The position numbers and the translations under genes were made by a program. The notes under the pieces were generated by a model. The model saw only the letters and a list, made by a program, of their open reading frames with translations. It had not been told where the DNA came from and did not search any database. This document shows positions 56,560 through 64,000 of a DNA stretch of 64,000 bases, in pieces. Numbering within the stretch: position 1 is the first letter of the stretch; each line of letters begins with the position of its first letter. The stretch is from Gnetum montanum (taxonomy: Eukaryota; Plantae; Gnetophyta): the NCBI GenBank assembly GCA_015680685.1, contig MNCI01003349.1:126049-190048 (forward strand). Direction: 5' to 3'.

Positions 56560-59300
56560 AGTCAACATGGACAAATCCTAGAGCTTGGTAGAGGGTAAAA
56601 CCTCCATTCAACTTGCTACTTTGGATAACCATGCTGAGCTAGGCCTCATACATTGGGTCAGTGTTTCCCAAGGGGCTATAACATACATACACACTCTTTG
56701 GTGCTTACCAAGCCTTGATTTGAGACAAAGGTGGTTGCACATAGCTTGAAACCCTTAAAGCCACACCCAGCAGCTCTAAAACCCTATCATACCAAGTCGA
56801 AAGTGCCTAAAGCCTTGAGATATAATGAAGCAATGCTAAGGAGGGCTCCATCAACATTTCCCAACATGGATCTAGTGTGGATGGGTGGGGCATGACTTTT
56901 AAATACAAAAAGTCAACCATCTGTTTGCTATATTTTGACTCTAACACCCCTTCTAGCCCTTAGTAACCAAAATTTGATGAGAAACAAGTATAATTTTGCA
57001 TCATACACCTTTTCCACATTAGTGAACCCCCCATCCACACTTCCCAACATGTGTCTAGCATTGATGCCCAAGGAGTAAGCCATAAAAGATCTTTTTAGCC
57101 TCAAATGACCGTAAAATTCACTCTAGTAATCTTACTACTCCTCCAAAGTCTTTAGTAGTTGATAGTGGTCAAAACTTATGTCAATTTTAATAATTGAAAT
57201 CCTTCCCATGCTATTGAACCCTCCACCCATGTTGCCCAACATGGGTCTAGTGTGTATGCCCTAAGGATAAGCCATAAAATCCCTTTTGTGGTCTCAAATG
57301 ACCATAAATTCACTCTAGTAACTTTAATACCCCTCCATGATCTCCGGTAGTTAACAATGGTCAAAACTAGAGTTGATTTTCATACCTAAAACCTTATCCA
57401 CATTGGGGAACCATCCACCCACGTTGGCTAGTGTGGGTACCTTGGGGGTAAGACATAACACCTATTTTTTAACCAAAAATAGCTTTGAAATTTATCCTAG
57501 TGACCATATGACCATACCAAAGCCTCTTGAAGCCATCAAATGTAATAAAATATATAAAAAATAGCAAAACTCTAGCATCCTATTCCCATCCATGCTAAGG
57601 CCATGTTGTCTAGCATGGTTCAAGGGAGGGATGACTACAAAAAGAACCAATAAGCCCTTAGATCAGTTGATTTTGGTTCCAAATCTTCGTCATTGATCCC
57701 TACAACTTTGATAGCTTTGAAACCCTATAAAATCCAATAAAAATTGGCCAAAATCATGAACCCAATATGAGTTGTTCTAATAACAACCCCATCCATGCTT
57801 AGTAGCATTGCCCTACTGTGGATGATTGTGGTATGACCATAGACTTCCAAGATTGGCCTGAAAACTCACATGTACTGACTCCTTAATCTTCTTGAGGACT
57901 TTGGCAGCCATAACTAGTCAAAATCAAGTTCCATTTCATGATCACTCCCACTCCCATGCTGAGTAGCCCCCTTACCCATGCTAGCTAGCATGGGTCCAAC
58001 ATGGGTACCTTAAGGAAAGCCCATGGGATATCATAGATGAATCAAAGCAACTCAAATTGCACCATGTTCATCCTACAATCTTACCAACATTTCTAAAGGT
58101 CATGAAACTCAAGGAAACCAGTTAGAAGTTGTAAACCTGGATCATCCACACTGGGGTAAGGCTAGCGAGCATGGCCCAACATTGCTACAAGGGGGATGAC
58201 TTCCAGAACCATCTCAGAACCTTTAAAATTACCAAATTTTTATCCTAAATCCTAGCCATCAATATTGGAAATGCTAGAGGCACACATTCATGGTCAATTT
58301 GCTATCAAAACCTACCAAAACTTCATATCTTAGGGTATTCACACTAGGAAAGGCCTAAGACAATAGAAGCAATGTGGCTCTAGCATGGGGAAGTTACCTT
58401 ACCACTTTTGATAGAAAATTGACATCCCCAAAAGCTAAAAACCTATACCAGTGAAGCCCAAAACCTCATAGCCTTGAGTTGATGGGATTTTGACCTTAGG
58501 GAGGGATGATCATACCTTACCTTAAAAAACTTTCAAACCTAGCCAATTTTAAGTAAAAACCTTGGAAATCACTATTTGTGGCATTGGAAGCCTGAAAACT
58601 TAGTTGATCTACCTCCAAAGCCATTCCAAAATCAAAAAGCAAGAGTAACCCCACTAAGTCATGCTAGCCAGTGTGGCCTTAGCATGGGTAGAGTCTCCAA
58701 TATGATTTGACACTTAAAACTTCCTTAAAATAGTCTCAAAACTTGGCTAGGAAGCTCACAAATGCTAAACCCTAGCCTCTGCTATAGATTGATCCTATTA
58801 CAACCTAGATCTAGGCCATCCAAATTGAGCCCCCTTCCATCCATGTTGCCCAATGTGGCTTTGTTGTTGTTGGGGGGGGGGGGGGGGGGGGTGTGAATGT
58901 AACCTCAAGACCTACTCTTTCACCAATTTTAACCATAAAACTAACCAATTCTGATTGTTATGGCTTTGGGCTACCTTGGGAAGACCATGGAGCCCCAGTT
59001 TTAACCTTATAGAATCCAAAAAACCCAATTTCATTGGTATCCATGCTGGGGCTAAGCTAGCCAATGTTGCCCTAGTGTGGATGGCACTTCTAAGCCTCAA
59101 TGGGTGTTTGTAGAGGTTGAAATTGATACTAGAATTGATATATTTCCTTCCCTAGTACATTGTGCTAACCATGCCAGCCATTAGGAATTGACTCTACTCA
59201 AAATGATGTAGGAAGGTACCTAAACATCCCATCCATGCTGGGGGTCATCCCACCCATGTTGGCTAATGTGGGTCTAGGGTGGATACAAAAAAACCTTGCT
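56560..59300. repeat. ~190-bp degenerate tandem array in the 3' region of element D
   Basis: Recurrent CCCAACATGGGTCTAGTGTGGATG-like cores (~56862, 57043, 57234, 57990, 59260). Confidence 0.65.
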
Positions 59301-59799
59301 TTTTAGACTAAAAAGCCTCAAAATAGCCCCAATAGGTGTCCAAAATCATCTATCAACCTTATACCCTTAAACCATGGCTTGATAAGGCCTAAAATTGTCA
59401 AAATCGAACCCTTTTTTTTTTGAGAGAATGTTCGGGTTTGTATTACTAAAAGTTATGGTACACGAGTAAACAGTTACAATGGGGGGGACATCAGGGATGG
59501 CCCACTTTGAGGGGGGGNNNNNNNNNNNNNNNNNNNNNNNNNNNNNNNNNNNNNNNNNNNNNNNNNNNNNNNNNNNNNNNNNNNNNNNNNNNNNNNNNNN
59601 NNNNNNNNNNNNNNNNNNNNNNNNNNNNNNNNNNNNNNNNNNNNNNNNNNNNNNNNNNNNNNNNNNNNNNNNNNNNNNNNNNNNNNNNNNNTCCTCGGTG
59701 TCCATGAAGTTCGTGGCTTGTTGGATGCCTTGCATAGTAGCCTCTCTCCTGCTCCAGTCAGCCGATGAGTCCCCTGCATCAGGGTGAAATCTAGCGGAC

Positions 59800-61040
59800 G
59801 TGCGTCTGATGTGTCGTCTGAGCTCCCCTAGGAGCTCTCACAAATAATGTCCAAAATGCTATATGGGCAACGCCCCCCCTGAGCCACTGACGGGCACTGT
59901 GTACATGTGCTCGGTCAAGTTGTCGTTGCCGTTGCTCCTCCTCCTCCCTCAAGGTGCTCCTGCTCCTCCCGGGCCACCGCCTCCTAGGCCTGACGAGCCG
60001 CCTCTTCTTGGCGCAGCTCCTCCCTGATTCGGTCTTGGAGCTCATCAATGAGCTGGGCTCGCGAGGTTTCCATCATGAGTGTGTGCTGCCGGCTCAGTTG
60101 TTGTGCCTATTCACGAAGCTAGGCATCATGGTCAGCGTGCCACTGAGCCAGGGTCTCGGTCCACTTTGCCTCCGAAATTTGTTGCTCGGCCTCCCGAGCA
60201 GCAGCAATCGCCTGTTGCATTTCTGCCCCCAATTTGGGGGGGCACTGGGGGGTCAAGCGAGGGGGGGAGGGATTTCGACGAGAGCGGCTTCCCCAAGTGA
60301 GGTTCAAAGCAGTCTGCCGTTGCTGAGTGGCCGGGGTGGGGGAAATCGGGGTGGTGGGAGGGCATCAGCGAAGCGACCCCCAGGGGGGTAGAGGACGGGC
60401 CAGGAGCCCCTAGCCCCCCGCCCCCCACCACAAAGCCAAAATTAACCCCAAGTGGTGCCCACGTCGTTTATGGCGTAGGGCCTCAAGGAAGAACCGCGGC
60501 AGGTTAACCTGGGTGCCGTCCTTCAAGCACCTCAAGAAGGTGAAATGCAACCCTTGGAGCTTGGACACATTGCCCGACTGGACGAAAAAACGTTCCACCA
60601 AGGTGACGGCGCGAGCCCAGAGGCGCGGGAGAGAAGATCGAGGGACCTGGCGGCTCTACGTTCTCGAGGTTAGCCCCTCGAAAAAGGTCGTAGAGTTCTG
60701 GAGGTTGCGGGAGGTCGGTAGGATGACATCACCAACGGCCGGGACCCCCAAATAGTTGGCCAAGGCGGCTTCCGTGAGCCGAATTGCACGACCACGAAAG
60801 AAAGTTTGATCACCGTGCCAATTAGTAAAGAACGTGTTGTCAAGAAGGTCAGGGTCCTCGACTAGCCTCTACAGTAGGTCGGCCCAGCCGCACTGGCAGA
60901 CCATCTGCTAGAGTTCCGCGTCATTCTGGTAGACGGCGCAGTCAGGTTTATACGTCGGCGTCGCTTCCATGGTGTCCGTAAGCTCGCGCCACGCTCTGCA
61001 GGTTTGCAGGATAAGTCGCTGGGAGGGGGGGGGTTGCCGC
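59800..61040 (-). pseudogene. Extra reading frame in the LINE: putative plant transposon protein (Transposase_32/PF20167-like) domain plus coiled-coil tail
   Basis: One frame to ~59930, broken only by TAG/TGA stops, then an apparent frameshift: QCGWADLL*RLVEDPDLLDNTFFTNW..FRGRAIRLTEAALANYLGVPAVG..LRCLKDGTQVNLPRFFLEAL..HHLGLILAL, followed by a Q/E/R-rich coil. Confidence 0.7.
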
Positions 61041-64000
61041 CTATGCAAAGACCATGTAATTTTGCGCCTTCCAGGCGTGGCATAACAGCAACGCTGACCA
61101 GGAGTCACCATTAAATCTCCGCGGGGGGTGGGGGAGCATCCTGCATGCGTGCCAAGTGGCGATCATGCAAGGGCAGTCATAAATGAAGTGGGTGAACGTT
61201 TCGGAGCTAGTTCCACAGCGCGGACACGTGGTGTCGTGTGTGATGCCGCGCTGCTGTAGTATGGCATGTACGGGGAGCGCCACAGACTTTATCTGCCAGA
61301 GGAACATTTTGACTTTCTCAGGAAGCCGCCCGCGCCAGATCTCCTGCCAGCCATCCTCCAGGGGAAATTTTTGCGTCAGGATGACGTGCGGATCGAGGTG
61401 GATCCAGCCCAAGTGCAGCATTTCCCGCACGTGCCGATAGATGGTCTGCCAAGGGCGCGAAGCGTGCGATCCAGGCTGCCAAGGCGTGTATTTTTGACGG
61501 GCGATGCGAGCCCACTGGTTGCACTCTCTCAGCGCACGTGTCAGCCGGTGGACAAGCCGTTGTTGTCCCATTGTGCATTCATCTTCGAAAGTCGTGATCC
61601 CCAAGCCCCCCGCCTGACAAGGACAGGCGACGCGGTGCCAGTTTACAAGGCGAAGCTTGCTACCCCCTTTGTCCCCCCGCCAAATGAAGCCATGGATCAT
61701 GGCATTGATTTGGTGAATTATGGCCGAAGGGGGCACAGCGACCGCCGCCACAAAACGCGCAGTGGCCGTGAGGATCCCGGTAGCCACGAGGAGGCGACCC
61801 TTGTGGGTAAGAAAACGATTTGCCCAGTGGTGTATGCGCTTCTCGAGTTTGGACAGGAGGGGAGTCCAAGTATTGTTCCATCCCCATTGGAATAGTGGGA
61901 TACCAAGGTAGGTATCGGTGAGTTTGCCGGACTGAATGTTCAGGATTTGTGTAACTCGGTGCTGCACCTGCGGGTCCACATTGATGAAGTACGCCACCGA
62001 CTTTGTGCNNNNNNNNNNNNNNNNNNNNNNNNNNNNNNNNNNAAGCCACCCCCGCAATGTCCAGGCCCTCCACCCCCGAGGTACTGCAGTAAAATTGCAT
62101 GAGGTCCATGGCAATGATGAACAGTAAGGGGGACAGGGGGTCGCCTTGCCTCAGTCCACGACTAGGGGAGGAAAAGCCCACAATCGCCCACCCACGTCAA
62201 AGGAGAACCCTGCGGAGGACTGGATATGCAGACATAATTGGATAAAACCAGGGTCAAAGCCTTTCTTATGCATGATGTCATGTAAGGTGTCCCAACTAAG
62301 CGTATCGTATGCCTTAGCTATGTCTAGCTTGAGAAATAGACCAGGAAACCCCGTAGTACGGAGGGAATGAAGGACCTCTTGCATAAGAAGAACCTTATCC
62401 TGAAGGGTCCTACCATGAATGAAGCCTGCTTGATTGCGTCCAACCAACTTAGGCAAGAGGGGTCCCAGACGATTGACCAGGAGTTTGGAGAAGACACGAA
62501 TGAGAACATTGCACACACCAATGGGACGAAAGTGCTCTGGGCGGTGTGCATTCAATTGTTTTGGGATGTAGATGATGCGCGAGCAATTGAGTTCACGTCG
62601 TACCTATCGTCTGGCCAGCATGACGTTGAAAGCATCCAGAAGATTGGGCCCCACAACATCCAAGAAAGCTCTGAAGAACTCCAGTGACCAACCGTCCGGT
62701 CCAGGCGCTTTACCGCCCGACATGTTGTTGATGGTGTTAGTCAATTCTGTCACCGAGAAGGGGGCCAGAAGAAGTTGATTGTCCGCAGCAGTGAGCACCT
62801 TGGCCACATGGACGAAGATGGGCTGGGTGGGGTGCTTGGTCCAAATGCACCTCCAATAATGTGAGAGCTCGTTGGCGATTCCCTGTGGGTCTTCAACCAC
62901 CGCCACAGCCTGAGTATGGAGGCCACGGATGTGGGTTTCACCATGCGTCTTAGCCATGGCGAAGAAGAATTTCGTATGTCGGTCCCCCTCGCGGAGCCAT
63001 CTAATCCTGGATCGCTGCCGCCAATAGGTCTCCTCCTCGTGATCTAGACTTTGAAGTTGACGGAGAAGAAGCATCTCCTCCGAGTGCAGGTCCTCCCCAG
63101 TCTCTTGTCGCGCCTGGATGTGTCCGAGTCACTCCCGAACCATCTTGTGGCGAGTACGAAACGAAAACTTCTCCCCCACCGGGAGGGCCCGGATGGCCCA
63201 CTTGAGCCGAAGGAGAGCATCTTTGAGGAAGTTCCGAGGGTCCATCCGACCCAGCTGGTAATCGGCCCAGATGTCCTCCACCAGAGGGCGAAGCCACGGT
63301 TTGGTCAACCATGTGGTCTCGAACCGAAATGGGCATGGGGCTCGGTGTTGAGGTGGGCCAATGGACACGACTAGCGAGCGGTGGTCAGAAGAAGCCCACT
63401 CTTGCCCGGTCATGTTGACGGCGGTGTCGAGGAGGAGAGCAGAGCTAACGCAAACTCGATCAATGCGGGAGAGGACATGGTGCGTCCCTTTCCGTCAGTT
63501 GCTCCAGGTGAAACGACAGTTCGCAATGGACAGATTAACAAGAGAAGAGCGCTCAAGGAACTCCATGAAATCTAGCATGCCTAGAGGGGGGGGGGGGCGG
63601 CCCCCCCAGATTTCTCCCAAGGGTACAGACGCTGGTTGAAGTCACTAACAACCACCCAGGAGCCGTGATCAAGCACCAAGAAGGCCACCCGATTCAACTC
63701 GTGAAGCCGTGATTCCCAAGCCTATGCCCCATAGAAGTTGGTCAGCCAAAAACCATGGGCAGGGACGTGGACCGTGATGGTCTACGGGGAGGCATCCACC
63801 AGAGTGGTGGTGGGGCGTGCAAGAATGGCCAGGCCTCCGGCCCGGCCCTGGCTGGGGTGTAGGTAGGTGGTCCAGCCCGTCCACTGGAGGTGACCAGATT
63901 CCGCGGCCTGCAGCTTGGTTTCCTGGAGGCAGACCATATCACAATTCTCCTCTCTGACAATACGGCGTAGGGTATTTCGTTTATAGGGGGTACCCTACCC
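61041..64000 (-). pseudogene. LINE ORF2: APE endonuclease, reverse transcriptase and zf-RVT, with few lesions
   Basis: VCLQETK, SDFN, FTWSN, SRIDR, SSDH; KAPGPDG, FRPIGVCN, QAGFIHGR, LKLDIAKAYD, RGLRQGDPLSPLLF, YLGIPL, GGLG; CPRC..ET..HFIYDC; WKAQNYMVF. The catalytic YADD falls in an N gap. Confidence 0.95.

Larger units (their letters stand above)
44640..59411 (+). mobile_element. Element D: Tat/Ogre-like element related to C (gag+protease, antisense extra ORF region, 3' repeat array), interrupted by a LINE
   Basis: LTR homologous to the C LTR, ending at 45759; PBS TGGCACTAGAAGGAGG at 45766-45781; gag ~47560-48540 (FTKYNGEGDPNSHL); protease RVHVDNGATTN at ~49530. Left end approximate. Confidence 0.82.
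59412..64000 (-). mobile_element. Young GC-rich L1-clade LINE, 5' part outside the window, poly(A) tail at 59412-59421
   Basis: T10 on the + strand at 59412-59421 marks an abrupt switch from AT-rich to GC-rich sequence; ORF2 motifs lie upstream. N gaps at 59518-59691 and 62009-62042. Confidence 0.9.

Noticed and set aside
61183-63639. Long plus-strand ORFs (e.g. 61266-61895, 209 aa)
   Set aside because: They are antisense shadows of GC-rich LINE ORF2.

Overview
This 64 kb window looks like heavily methylated, repeat-saturated land-plant nuclear DNA. It is AT-rich and strongly CpG/CHG-depleted, which suggests a large genome such as a gymnosperm or fern, but the taxon cannot be fixed from this window. 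No intact host gene is visible; the window is a stack of nested, mostly decayed retroelements. It contains: (1) a minus-strand LINE RT remnant (~3.2-4.8 kb); (2) a gag-only Athila-like element with a tRNA-Asp PBS, plus a related solo LTR; (3) an old plus-strand L1 RT split by two independent insertions (9653-14904 and 15200-21056, each with its own TSD); (4) a Tekay integrase/chromodomain remnant and a copia-like LTR; (5) two Tat/Ogre-like gag+protease-only elements, one complete with a perfect CTTGG TSD; (6) a young GC-rich L1 LINE. Two candidate novel systems stand out. The first is the pair of insertions in (3): a non-autonomous LTR family with no gag/pol that carries an intronless CCR4-type deadenylase (EEP) gene and a 5S-rRNA-derived Pol III internal control region, with a third, solo LTR at 43.5 kb. 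The second is the L1 in (6), which carries an extra 'putative plant transposon protein'-like plus coiled-coil reading frame between ORF2 and its poly(A) tail. A 205-bp perfect inverted repeat at 28.2-29.0 kb is most likely an assembly artefact. All domain calls come from motif recognition by eye; no database searches were run.
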